NCBI GenBank assembly: GCA_049322215.1
Contig: JBMORU010000001.1
Coordinates: 65,357-129,356 of the forward strand
Reading direction: 5' to 3'
Length of the DNA: 64,000 nucleotides
Source of the DNA: Patescibacteria group bacterium
Lineage (GTDB): Bacteria > Patescibacteriota > WWE3 > UBA101185 > UBA10185
Shown: one piece after another, positions 33,776-43,144 of the stretch
Position numbering within the stretch: the first letter of the stretch is position 1
How the letters are laid out: every line of letters begins with the position of its first letter
The notes under the pieces: model-generated
Told to the model about the DNA's origin: nothing
The model's input: the letters and a program-made list of their open reading frames with translations, nothing else
Databases searched by the model: none
Program-made: the position numbers and the translations under genes

Positions 33776-34315
33776 ATGGAACCAATAAATTTCGACGCTA
33801 TAGATTTAATCCAAAAACTCAAAGTAACCGGAGTCACTAACCCTTCTCTGCTAGATGCCATATATGAAGTTCAAAATATGTTTCCTAAGTTAGATGAAAA
33901 GGAAGTTTATGCTGAAGCAAAACTATTACAACTACTTGATCCTGATGTAAATTCCGAAGTTTTAATAATTGGAACACACTCAATTACTTTATATTATATT
34001 CTCGGGAAACTGGTTAAAAAAACGTATATGTATGAATTGAAGGCACAAGACATTTTGGAAAAATCACGGGAAATAAGAAAACATGGATATGGAAACATTG
34101 TAACTGCAAACACTATAGAAGCTAACGCTCCATATGCACATATAATAATAGACACCTGCCAAGAAGAAGAACCCAAAGAGTACATTAAGTTACTAGCAAA
34201 AACAGGCAGCCTGATAATAAAAGCAACAGAAAATAGCAACGATCTAATAAAAATAACAAACACAAATAAGGGATACATAAGAGAAAACTATTCTAAAATT
34301 TTCTTGAAATATTAA
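33776..34315 (+). CDS. hypothetical protein (179 aa)
   Basis: ORF tightly packed with its neighbours. No family recognised. Confidence 0.45.
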   Translation: MEPINFDAIDLIQKLKVTGVTNPSLLDAIYEVQNMFPKLDEKEVYAEAKLLQLLDPDVNSEVLIIGTHSITLYYILGKLVKKTYMYELKAQDILEKSREIRKHGYGNIVTANTIEANAPYAHIIIDTCQEEEPKEYIKLLAKTGSLIIKATENSNDLIKITNTNKGYIRENYSKIFLKY

Positions 34316-34599
34316 TGAAGAGTTTAGGCGAAATACTGAAAAAAAAAGAAATAAAAGGAGACACTAGAAACACATACGAGTTTCAGGCATATGGCAACCG
34401 ATTAGCAGAAGAATTGGGAGATATGAAACACCGGGCTTTATATATAAAACTTGCAAAAGAAGAGGATCGAAGTTTATTAGAGCAAGCTCGAGAACACGTA
34501 CTAAAATCAGAAAGGGCCTCTACAAAAGGCAGGCTGTTTATGTGGAAACTAGGGCAGCTACGCAAAGAGCGTCAGAACGGGCAAGAAAAGGTTGAATGA
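34315..34599 (+). CDS. hypothetical basic/helical protein (94 aa)
   Basis: ORF whose start overlaps the upstream stop (ATGA). Confidence 0.4.
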   Translation: MKSLGEILKKKEIKGDTRNTYEFQAYGNRLAEELGDMKHRALYIKLAKEEDRSLLEQAREHVLKSERASTKGRLFMWKLGQLRKERQNGQEKVE

Positions 34600-34630
34600 C
34601 AAATTTAAATAGCATATTATTAATTTATAA

Positions 34631-35182
34631 ATGAGTAACGAAGCAAGTTTCGCTAAAACAAATAAAGTTCAGTTACTTCTATCAGCCACACTAGTAGTGG
34701 TTTTAATAGCATTAAGAGTAGAAAGAGATGCGCTACAAATAGCTTTAGTGATTTTAGGTAGTTTTTTTGGAACTTACTTGCTTAAACTCGACTATTTAAT
34801 ACACGCTTACTTTGTTGAACCTGATTCTGACTTTTCTAAAACCCTGTTAGCATTTTTAAAGCACTTTGATTTGATAGGGGCTTTAAAGTATGCGTACTAC
34901 AACGGAGATAGCGTAAAAGAAAAAACGTTAAACAGTGTACAGTTTCAAGTAATTCTAATACCGTTAACAGTTTTTGTACTATCTTCAACAACAAGCGTAT
35001 TTTTTAAAGCACTAGTATTATCAACTTTACTTAATTCCTTATACTTGCTTGTGGAACACTTTTTTAATAATGATTTAAACGAATGGTTTTGGGCCTTAAA
35101 AAATAAACCAAACAAAAGAACATTTTATATATACTCAGGAATGCTAGTTTTAGTGTTTCTGTTCTGCCTAAGTATGTTTTAA
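34631..35182 (+). CDS. hypothetical membrane protein (183 aa)
   Basis: ORF with 4-5 hydrophobic segments. Confidence 0.45.
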   Translation: MSNEASFAKTNKVQLLLSATLVVVLIALRVERDALQIALVILGSFFGTYLLKLDYLIHAYFVEPDSDFSKTLLAFLKHFDLIGALKYAYYNGDSVKEKTLNSVQFQVILIPLTVFVLSSTTSVFFKALVLSTLLNSLYLLVEHFFNNDLNEWFWALKNKPNKRTFYIYSGMLVLVFLFCLSMF

Positions 35183-35187
35183 AACAT

Positions 35188-36273
35188 ATGTATGGAGCAA
35201 TAATCTCTTTAGCAATAGCAATAAGTGTTTACGTCGCAGAAAAGTATTTTCTGCGAAAAAAAATGTCCCCTGAAATAATGTGGGAAGGATTGTTTTGGGG
35301 CATATTAACAGGTTTAGTTGGTGCCCGATTATTTCACGTAATAAGTTTATGGTCTTTTTACGAAGTAAACCCTACCTTAATTATTCAGTTTTGGCAGGGT
35401 GGCCTAAATATATTTGGCGGAATTTTAGGATTTTTAGTAGCTATTTCACTTTATTTAAAAAGTAAAAAGCAAAAGGTTTTACCCTGGTTAGATGTAGCAG
35501 CACAAGTAACACCTTTAGGTCAGGCTTTGGGTAGATGGGCAAACTATATTAATAAAGAAATTTATGGCCCCGAAACAAACCTGCCTTGGGGAATAAACAT
35601 TAACGGCTATAAACATCACCCACTTTTTCTATACGAAATGATACTAGATTTATGGCTATTTTCCTTGCTTATTTTAATAAAAACCAAAGTTAAAAAAGTA
35701 AAGAAAGGCACATTTTTGTATGTATATTTGGCAGGATACTCCACAATTAGAATTCTTCTTGAAGATTTCAGACTGCAAAAATGGGAATGGAGAAGCCTAA
35801 ATATTACAAATACAATTGCTCTTGTATTAATTGTATATGCTGGAACAATGTTGTTTAAAATATATAGAAAAAGACTCAATGTAAAGCTTATATTTAAAGC
35901 TCTAGCAACCACAGGAATTATAATTTCTTTATATCTAACTTATACAAAAATAAGTGGCGTTGAACCCTTATGCGGAGTGGGAACTTGCGAAATAGTTCAA
36001 AATAGTAGATACGCAACAATGCTTGGAATTCCAACAGCACTATACGGAGTGTTTTACTACATTGTTTTTTATATTTTGGCAGAAAAAAGCTTAAACAAAC
36101 AATTGTCCCTACTAATTCTTGTGGGACTTATCTTTTCAGCCTACTTAGCTTATTTAGAACTGTTTATTATTAATGCTTTCTGTAAATGGTGTGTAGGCTC
36201 TTTATTAGTAATACTATTAGCTTCGGGAATTCAGTACATAAGAATTAAGTATGATAATATTCATAACAGATGA
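35188..36273 (+). CDS. lgt: Prolipoprotein diacylglyceryl transferase (Lgt) fused to a C-terminal vitamin K epoxide reductase (VKOR) domain
   Basis: 361 aa. Lgt signature GQALGRWANYINKEIYGPETNLPWG. C-terminal VKOR motifs CGVGTC...NSRYATMLGIPTALYG and an active-site CKWC within a TM helix. Confidence 0.75.
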   Translation: MYGAIISLAIAISVYVAEKYFLRKKMSPEIMWEGLFWGILTGLVGARLFHVISLWSFYEVNPTLIIQFWQGGLNIFGGILGFLVAISLYLKSKKQKVLPWLDVAAQVTPLGQALGRWANYINKEIYGPETNLPWGININGYKHHPLFLYEMILDLWLFSLLILIKTKVKKVKKGTFLYVYLAGYSTIRILLEDFRLQKWEWRSLNITNTIALVLIVYAGTMLFKIYRKRLNVKLIFKALATTGIIISLYLTYTKISGVEPLCGVGTCEIVQNSRYATMLGIPTALYGVFYYIVFYILAEKSLNKQLSLLILVGLIFSAYLAYLELFIINAFCKWCVGSLLVILLASGIQYIRIKYDNIHNR

Positions 36274-36719
36274 TAATTTATATTGCCTCTGATCATGGAG
36301 GATTTGATTTAAAAACAGAACTTGTACCCCACTTAAAATCTTCAGGCCATGAAGTTATAGACATGGGACCATTAGAACTCCAACCAGAAGATGATTATCC
36401 TGATTACATTGTTCCAGCAATAAACAAAATAAAAGAAAATCTAAGTAGCGAAGTCAGAGGAATTTTATTGTGTAGAAACGGTGTGGGTGTAAGTATGCTT
36501 GCTAATAAATACATTGGAATTCGATGTGCATTATCGTGGACAGAAGATCACGCAAAAACAACAAGAACAGATGATGATACTAATGTATTAGCACTACCCG
36601 CTGACTATATAAACACTAAACAGGCGCAACAAATAACTGATACCTGGTTAAACACTCCTTTCAGTGGCGAGGAAAGACATATACGAAGATTGAGCAAGTT
36701 CAGCACAATTGGAGAATAA
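36270..36719 (+). CDS. rpiB: Ribose-5-phosphate isomerase B
   Basis: 149 aa. MIIYIASDHGGFDLK N-terminus typical of RpiB/LacAB. Confidence 0.85.
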   Translation: MIIYIASDHGGFDLKTELVPHLKSSGHEVIDMGPLELQPEDDYPDYIVPAINKIKENLSSEVRGILLCRNGVGVSMLANKYIGIRCALSWTEDHAKTTRTDDDTNVLALPADYINTKQAQQITDTWLNTPFSGEERHIRRLSKFSTIGE

Positions 36720-37346
36720 ATGATCATACCAGGAATATTAGAAAGTGAGTTTTCTGAGGTAGTGAAAAAAGTAAACTCACTTCAAAACAAAGCATCTTTA
36801 ATTCATATAGATATAATTGATGGAATTTTACTCCCTACAAAAACTTTTTTAGACTTAGGTGATATAGAAAAAGAGTTGTTTAATCAACAAATAGAGCTAC
36901 ATTTAATGGTTACAGATGCTTATAACTATGCGGCGAAAAAATTGCTAAATGTAGTAAGCATTTGTGCACAGCTCGAAGGGTTAAATATTGATAAATTTAT
37001 CAAAAGTTCTAAAGAAAACGGCTATAAAACCGGACTATCTATTTCACCCAACACGCCAATAGCCGATTTAAAACCATATCTAAATTCAATTGACTTTGTT
37101 CAATTTATGACCGTAGAACCCGGAGCCCAGGGTAAACCCTTTAGAAAAGATGTTATAAATAAAATCGAAAAATTTAAAGCATCGTCAGACATTAGGATTC
37201 AAGTAGATGGGGGCATTGATGAGGAAAAAGTAAAGTTTTTTAAAGCTTTAGGAATTAAAAACATTGTAGTGGGTTCAAAAATATTTAACCAAAATAATCC
37301 AATGACAGCTTACAAAAATTTAGTTAAAGTACTAGAAGATGCCTAA
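36720..37346 (+). CDS. rpe: Ribulose-phosphate 3-epimerase
   Basis: 208 aa TIM-barrel with an IHIDIIDG metal-binding motif, HLMV and DGGI. Confidence 0.85.
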   Translation: MIIPGILESEFSEVVKKVNSLQNKASLIHIDIIDGILLPTKTFLDLGDIEKELFNQQIELHLMVTDAYNYAAKKLLNVVSICAQLEGLNIDKFIKSSKENGYKTGLSISPNTPIADLKPYLNSIDFVQFMTVEPGAQGKPFRKDVINKIEKFKASSDIRIQVDGGIDEEKVKFFKALGIKNIVVGSKIFNQNNPMTAYKNLVKVLEDA

Positions 37347-37360
37347 TTACAGGAGAAAAT

Positions 37361-37939
37361 ATGCAAAATAAATCATACAGCATTGCATTTTTAGGAGGAG
37401 CTGCCTGGCGTGAAGATGACGAACCCTACAAAGATGCGTTTAACGTAGCAAAAGCTGTTGCCGAGGCAGGCTTTCATGTGGTAAATGGGGGCGGTCCCGG
37501 TGTAATGAGAGCTTCTACAAAAGGGGCACATGCCGGAGGTTGCAATGACGTGTTAGCTATAACTTATCATCCAAACAAACCAAAAAGACACTATGAAGGT
37601 GTGGACCCAAAAAACGATTATGATTTTGAAGTAAAAACCCTAGACTACTTTGATAGAACCAAAGTAATGTTACAAACAACTGAAGCACACATTGTATTTA
37701 GAGGAAGTATCGGCACACTAAGTGAGTTTGGAATGACTTGGATAAGCTCATGGATACACGATCCTCACAATAAACCCATTATTTTATATGGGTCCTTTTG
37801 GGATGCATTGCTAGATACAATTGAATCAACTATGAAAATAGACTTAGGAGAAAGAAATATGTTTGAGATATGCACTTCTCCAGAAGAGGTTGTTTCCTAC
37901 TTAAAACAAACGCTAACAAGCACAAGCACACTACTGTGA
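37361..37939 (+). CDS. LOG family protein (TIGR00730; cytokinin riboside 5'-monophosphate phosphoribohydrolase-like)
   Basis: 192 aa. GGGPGVM and GSIGTLSE motifs. Confidence 0.75.
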   Translation: MQNKSYSIAFLGGAAWREDDEPYKDAFNVAKAVAEAGFHVVNGGGPGVMRASTKGAHAGGCNDVLAITYHPNKPKRHYEGVDPKNDYDFEVKTLDYFDRTKVMLQTTEAHIVFRGSIGTLSEFGMTWISSWIHDPHNKPIILYGSFWDALLDTIESTMKIDLGERNMFEICTSPEEVVSYLKQTLTSTSTLL

Positions 37940-37951
37940 AAGCACTAAAAG

Positions 37952-38860
37952 TTGAAGTATAAAGGCATAAATCGTATACTCTTAACAATGCCTAAGACTC
38001 ATATTCACGCGCACTATGAAGATATTCAACGATTAGAAGAAAAAGCACTAGAAGTGCGAAAATCAATAGTTGAAATGCTTGTAAAAGCAAAATCAGGACA
38101 CTCCGCAGGACCCTTAGGCATGGCTGATATTTTCACCACGCTATACTTTCAAGTTTTAAATATTGATCCAAAAAACCCACAAGATCCTGAAAGAGATAGA
38201 GTTATACTTTCTAACGGACATATTTGTCCAGTAATGTATGCCACATTAGCTCATAAAGGATTTTTTCCACTAGAAGAGCTTAATACTTTCAGAAAAATTA
38301 GTAGCAGACTACAAGGGCACCCTCACTATGGCGAACTACCTGGAATAGAAAATTCCAGCGGCCCGCTAGGACAAGGATTATCACAAGCGGTCGGAATAGC
38401 GCTTGCTGCAAGCATAAACGACGCGCATTACGAAGTTTTTTGCTTAGGAAGTGACGGCGAATTAAATGAAGGACAAACTTGGGAAGCAGCAATGTTTGCA
38501 GGCAATAACCATTTACACAATTTAACATGGATAATAGACAGAAATAATATTCAAATCGATGGTTACACTGAGCATGTTATGCCCTTACAACCTCTAAGAG
38601 ATAAACTTGAAGCTTTTAACTGGTACGTTTTAGAAATTGATGGACATAACATTGAAGAAATAATTAACGCTTGTAGAATGGCTAGGTCAGTATTTGAGAG
38701 ACCTGTTGCAATAATTGCACATACCATACCAGGCAAAGATTTAGAAACCATGGAGTATAAATTTGAATGGCACGGCAAGCCTCCAAGTTCTAAAGAAGCC
38801 AAAGAAATGCTGAAAGAACTTAGAACGCTTGGCGGAAAAATTAGGAGTGAACATGACTAA
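37952..38860 (+). CDS. Transketolase, N-terminal (TPP-binding) subunit
   Basis: 302 aa. SGHSAGPLGMADI, GHPxxG and GDGELNEG motifs. Confidence 0.85.
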   Translation: MKYKGINRILLTMPKTHIHAHYEDIQRLEEKALEVRKSIVEMLVKAKSGHSAGPLGMADIFTTLYFQVLNIDPKNPQDPERDRVILSNGHICPVMYATLAHKGFFPLEELNTFRKISSRLQGHPHYGELPGIENSSGPLGQGLSQAVGIALAASINDAHYEVFCLGSDGELNEGQTWEAAMFAGNNHLHNLTWIIDRNNIQIDGYTEHVMPLQPLRDKLEAFNWYVLEIDGHNIEEIINACRMARSVFERPVAIIAHTIPGKDLETMEYKFEWHGKPPSSKEAKEMLKELRTLGGKIRSEHD

Positions 38861-39386
38861 AAACAAAAGTCTAAAACTAAATATAAGCATAATACCTGTG
38901 ATAATAATTTTACTAGTTATAGTGGGAGGCGTTTATTTTTTTAGTAAAGGAGAAATACCCTTTTTAGAAGAAGATGACGGAAAAATAGAAACCTCAAGGC
39001 TAGAAGGGTTTCCATTAATCGTAGATACCCCAAACATAGTAGATAAACAAAGAGCTATAATAACAAGCGAAGAAGAACTAAATGCCTTTTTAGAAACATT
39101 TGATACGTATAACTCAGTAGCAATACAAGAAAACATAGATTTTGAGAAAGACATGCTTATAGGTGTTTCTTCAAAAACTTTAGACACCTCCGGATACAGA
39201 CTTAAAATACAAAAAATCATTGAAGACCCTGAAAACGGAGGGCTACTTGTTTCTGCAGAATTAGAAGAACCAGGAGACACCTGTGAGGTAGAAGAATATC
39301 CAAATGTTGCCGTAGATATAATTAAAATGGAAAAAACCGACAAACCTATTGATTTTGAAAGATTCAAAAAGGAAGTTGAATGCTAA
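38829..39386 (+). CDS. hypothetical membrane-anchored acidic protein inserted between the transketolase halves
   Basis: 185 aa with a single N-terminal TM (IIPVIIILLVIVGGVYFF). It probably starts at MTKNKS (about 38853). Confidence 0.5.
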   Translation: MAEKLGVNMTKNKSLKLNISIIPVIIILLVIVGGVYFFSKGEIPFLEEDDGKIETSRLEGFPLIVDTPNIVDKQRAIITSEEELNAFLETFDTYNSVAIQENIDFEKDMLIGVSSKTLDTSGYRLKIQKIIEDPENGGLLVSAELEEPGDTCEVEEYPNVAVDIIKMEKTDKPIDFERFKKEVEC

Positions 39387-40360
39387 ATACTGAACTTGGT
39401 CTGGTAGAAAACTTTTTAGACGAAAACGCTGAAAGTGCAGCTACCAGAGATGGGTTTGGAGAGGGGTTAGTATTAGCAGGAGATGAAAATGAAAACGTAG
39501 TAGCAGTTTGTGCAGATTTAACAGAATCAGTGCGAATTAATAAATTTGCAGAGAAATATCCAAACAGGTTTTTTCAAGTAGGTGTTGCAGAACAAAACCT
39601 TGCAGGAGTTTCTGCAGGACTCGCCTTAAACGGAAAAATACCTTTTGCGGGATCTTTTGCTGTTTTTAACCCCGGAAGAAACTGGGATCAAGTTAGAGTA
39701 TCTATAGCCTATACAAATGCAAACGTTAAAATTATTGGTAGTCATGCAGGATTTTCTAATGGCCCCGATGGGGCTACACATCAAGCTTTAGAAGATATAG
39801 CTCTAACTAGAGTTTTACCTAACTTTACCGTTTTAAGTCCATGCGATTCAGTAGAAGCAAAAAAAGCAACACAAGCTGCTGCAAAAATAAATGGGCCTGT
39901 GTATATAAGACTGGCCAGAAACAAAACCCCTATAATAACTACTGAAAATACACCATTTGAAATAGGAAAAGCTAATATATTTGTCAAAGGATCTGATTTA
40001 ACACTAATTTCTACCGGACCTATTATATTAGAGGCGTTAAAAGCTGCTAAAGAAGTAAAAAGCAAATACCAACTTTCTGTAGAGGTAATAAACTTACATA
40101 CTATTAAACCATTAGATGAAAAAACAGTTTTGGAATCTGTTAAAAAAACAGGAAAAGTTGTAACTGTAGAGGAACATCAAATTGCTGGCGGAATGGGAAG
40201 CGCAATTGCAGAACTGCTGTCAGAAAAGTTTCCAGTGCCAATAAAGCGTATTGGAGCACATGATACTTTTGGAGAATCTGGACTACCTGACCAGTTGTTA
40301 GAAAAGTACGAAATTAGCGCTCAGCATATTGAAATTGCTGTTAAAAACTTATGCCTTTAG
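39380..40360 (+). CDS. Transketolase, C-terminal (pyrimidine-binding) subunit
   Basis: 326 aa. VGVAEQNLAGVSAGLA, HAGFSNGPDGATHQ. Confidence 0.85.
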   Translation: MLNTELGLVENFLDENAESAATRDGFGEGLVLAGDENENVVAVCADLTESVRINKFAEKYPNRFFQVGVAEQNLAGVSAGLALNGKIPFAGSFAVFNPGRNWDQVRVSIAYTNANVKIIGSHAGFSNGPDGATHQALEDIALTRVLPNFTVLSPCDSVEAKKATQAAAKINGPVYIRLARNKTPIITTENTPFEIGKANIFVKGSDLTLISTGPIILEALKAAKEVKSKYQLSVEVINLHTIKPLDEKTVLESVKKTGKVVTVEEHQIAGGMGSAIAELLSEKFPVPIKRIGAHDTFGESGLPDQLLEKYEISAQHIEIAVKNLCL

Positions 40361-41325
40361 ATATTTTAACCATAGGCGATTGTTCTATAGACGAGTACAT
40401 GAAAGTTGATGAAGCTAGTGTAATTTGTGATATAGACCATAAAAACTGCAAAATCTGCTTTAACTATGCAGATAAAATTCCTGTAGAAGAATTTCATAGC
40501 TTCGTAGCAGGAAATGCCTGTAACACAGCAGTGAGTTTTACAGCCCAGGGTTTAAACGCAGCGGTATATACCGAACTTGGTGATGATCCCAACTCAGAGA
40601 AATTTTTACAAACATTTAAAGATTTAGGTATTTCCACAGAATTCTGCAGAAAAAACAAAGACGAAGAAACAGATGTGCACACCGTAATAATATACAAAGG
40701 TGAAAGAACAATACTTTCATATCATAACGTTAAAAAATATAAATTGCTAAATTGGCCAAAACCTAACTGGATTTACTACACTTCCCTATCTAAGGGATTT
40801 GAAACCTTTCAAGCCGACTTAGTGACATATTTAAAAGAAAACCCCGAAATTTTAGTTGCATTTAATCCTGGAACATTTCAATTTAAAGCTGGTGTAGAAA
40901 GTCTGTTAGATATTATGAAGGTTACAGACGTGCTTTTTGTAAATAAAGAAGAAGCTCAGGAACTGACAAATCTAAATACCAATGAAATCATTAAACTACA
41001 CAAAGCTTTGCAAAAACTAGGTTGTAAAATGACAGTAATAACTGACGGAAAAAACGGAGCCTCTGCGCACGACGGTAATAATGAATTCACAAAAGGTATA
41101 ATTAAAACCAAAGTAATAGATAAAACAGGCGCAGGAGATGCGTTTGCTGCAGGATTTATTTCAGCCATGTATTATGGTAAAAACGTACAAGAAGCACTAA
41201 AGTGGGGAGCTATAAATGCTGCAGGAGTAGTAACACGAGTAGGCGCTGTACGTGGGGTAAAAACACAAAAAGATATAGCAAATGTATTAAAGTCAAACCC
41301 CGAATTTAGTAATTATTCAATGTGA
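40351..41325 (+). CDS. PfkB-family carbohydrate kinase (ribokinase-like)
   Basis: 324 aa. C-terminal DKTGAGDAFAAGFI signature. Confidence 0.8.
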   Translation: MPLDILTIGDCSIDEYMKVDEASVICDIDHKNCKICFNYADKIPVEEFHSFVAGNACNTAVSFTAQGLNAAVYTELGDDPNSEKFLQTFKDLGISTEFCRKNKDEETDVHTVIIYKGERTILSYHNVKKYKLLNWPKPNWIYYTSLSKGFETFQADLVTYLKENPEILVAFNPGTFQFKAGVESLLDIMKVTDVLFVNKEEAQELTNLNTNEIIKLHKALQKLGCKMTVITDGKNGASAHDGNNEFTKGIIKTKVIDKTGAGDAFAAGFISAMYYGKNVQEALKWGAINAAGVVTRVGAVRGVKTQKDIANVLKSNPEFSNYSM

Positions 41326-41350
41326 TAAAATCATTGAAGGAGGAATATTT

Positions 41351-42406
41351 ATGGATTTTTTAAAAAGAAACTTTCCAGTACTGTTTTTACTGTCTATAAC
41401 AATATTAATTTTTGCTGGAATAATTATAGCTTCAAAAGATGAAACAAATACAGATGCACCTTCTTTAGAAGTTGCTAGTACATCAAAGTTGGTGCCTGCA
41501 CACGCCTACACCTTAGGTAACCCAGAGGCAGTAGTAACAATAGTAGAGTTTTCAGATTTTCAATGCCCCGCTTGTAAAACAGCAGCTCCTGTAGTTAAGA
41601 CACTTCTTAGAAAGTACGATGGCGATGTGAGACTAGTTTATCGTAACTTCCCTCTTCCACAACACAGAAACGCTGAAATGGCTGCAATAGCAGCACAAGC
41701 AGCAGGACAACAAGGAAAGTTTTGGGAATATCACGATGTTCTTTTTGCAAATCAGGACAAACTAAGAGAACAGGATCTTGTTAAATATGCAGACGATTTA
41801 GAGCTTGATGTAGCGCAATTTGAGCAAGATCTTAAAAATGAAATATTCGAAAACGTAATAGCTGAAGATATTAGAGATGCACGAGCTATAGGAGTTTCTT
41901 CCACACCTACTTTTTATGTAAACGGTGAAAAAGCAGAATTAAGAGCATTCACAGACCTAGAAACTTTAATAATTCAGGCTATTGAAAAAGCACGTACTGA
42001 TGAAAATTCTGATGAGGAAACAGAAGAATCCACAAGTACTACTTCTTTAGGACAACCATCGGTAGCTTCTGTAACTAAAGAATTAGGCCCCGCAGAAATT
42101 GATGCAGTGTTCGGCTCTGTAAATATATCCTTTTCGGAAAATACCGGATTTGAACCTGTAGAACCCTCGGTAATGCTGGGACAAAAGGTGGTTTGGACTA
42201 ACGCTAGCGACAAAACAATTACCTTAAAGCAAAATAAAGATTTATTTAGCGAGTTTGAGTCAACAATTCAAATTCCTGCAGGAGAAACCTTTGAATTTAG
42301 ACCATATACTAAAGATCTTTGGGTCTATGAAGAAGTTGAATCTGGGTTAAGGGGAAGCATGCTAATAAAAGATGCAATCGAATTCACAGTAGCGCCAAAT
42401 CAGTAA
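41351..42406 (+). CDS. Membrane-anchored DsbA-like thiol:disulfide oxidoreductase with a C-terminal beta-rich extension
   Basis: 351 aa. N-terminal TM and a thioredoxin fold with FSDFQCPACK. About 130 aa of additional C-terminal domain. Confidence 0.7.
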   Translation: MDFLKRNFPVLFLLSITILIFAGIIIASKDETNTDAPSLEVASTSKLVPAHAYTLGNPEAVVTIVEFSDFQCPACKTAAPVVKTLLRKYDGDVRLVYRNFPLPQHRNAEMAAIAAQAAGQQGKFWEYHDVLFANQDKLREQDLVKYADDLELDVAQFEQDLKNEIFENVIAEDIRDARAIGVSSTPTFYVNGEKAELRAFTDLETLIIQAIEKARTDENSDEETEESTSTTSLGQPSVASVTKELGPAEIDAVFGSVNISFSENTGFEPVEPSVMLGQKVVWTNASDKTITLKQNKDLFSEFESTIQIPAGETFEFRPYTKDLWVYEEVESGLRGSMLIKDAIEFTVAPNQ

Positions 42407-42409
42407 TAA

Positions 42410-43063
42410 TCAGGCATCAAAACTAAACGCCGATGGGCAAATTTCATTTAACATACACTTAGCACACTCAGGTTTTCGTGCTTTACATACATAGCGCCCA
42501 TGTAATACCAGAGACCCAGAAAAGTTTCTCCAATACTCTTTAGGCAACAATTTTATTAGTTCATTTTCTATTTTTACGGCATTGGTCTCAGTAGTTAAAC
42601 CTAACCTATTAGACACACGCGTTACATGTGTATCAACAACTATTCCCTCTGCAATATCCCAAATTTCCTGCAAAATAACATTTGCAGTTTTTCTTGCTAC
42701 CCCAGGCAGTTTTATAAGCTCTTTAATAGTTCTTGGTAATTTGCCATTAAAGTCAGTTACCATCATTTGACCCATTTTAATTAATCTTTCTGCTTTCCCT
42801 TTATGAAAATTTACACCTTTTATATCGTTGGTAATTTCCTGTAAATCGGCGTTAGCAAAATCTTCCCATGTTTTGTATTTTTTAAATAAGGTAGAAGTTA
42901 TTTCGTTTACTTTTTTATCGGTTGTTTGAGCAGATAATGCAACAGCAACTGCAAGTTGCAATTCGTTTTCATGGTTTAACTCTGTAACAGGGTTAGGATG
43001 TTCTTTTTTTAATAATTGTGCAGCTTTTAAAGCTCTTTCGTTTTTTGATAAGTTTTCAGTCAT
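42410..43063 (-). CDS. nth: Endonuclease III (Nth), HhH-GPD with 4Fe-4S loop
   Basis: 217 aa. HhH motif LPGVARKTANVIL. C-terminal C-x6-C-x2-C-x5-C. Confidence 0.85.
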   Translation of the reverse strand: MTENLSKNERALKAAQLLKKEHPNPVTELNHENELQLAVAVALSAQTTDKKVNEITSTLFKKYKTWEDFANADLQEITNDIKGVNFHKGKAERLIKMGQMMVTDFNGKLPRTIKELIKLPGVARKTANVILQEIWDIAEGIVVDTHVTRVSNRLGLTTETNAVKIENELIKLLPKEYWRNFSGSLVLHGRYVCKARKPECAKCMLNEICPSAFSFDA

Positions 43064-43144
43064 GTTTGGATTATACAGAAAAAAAGAGCCAATATACTTG
43101 TGTGTTTAAAACAAGCATATCAGCTCTGTAAGGTAGATTAAGCG

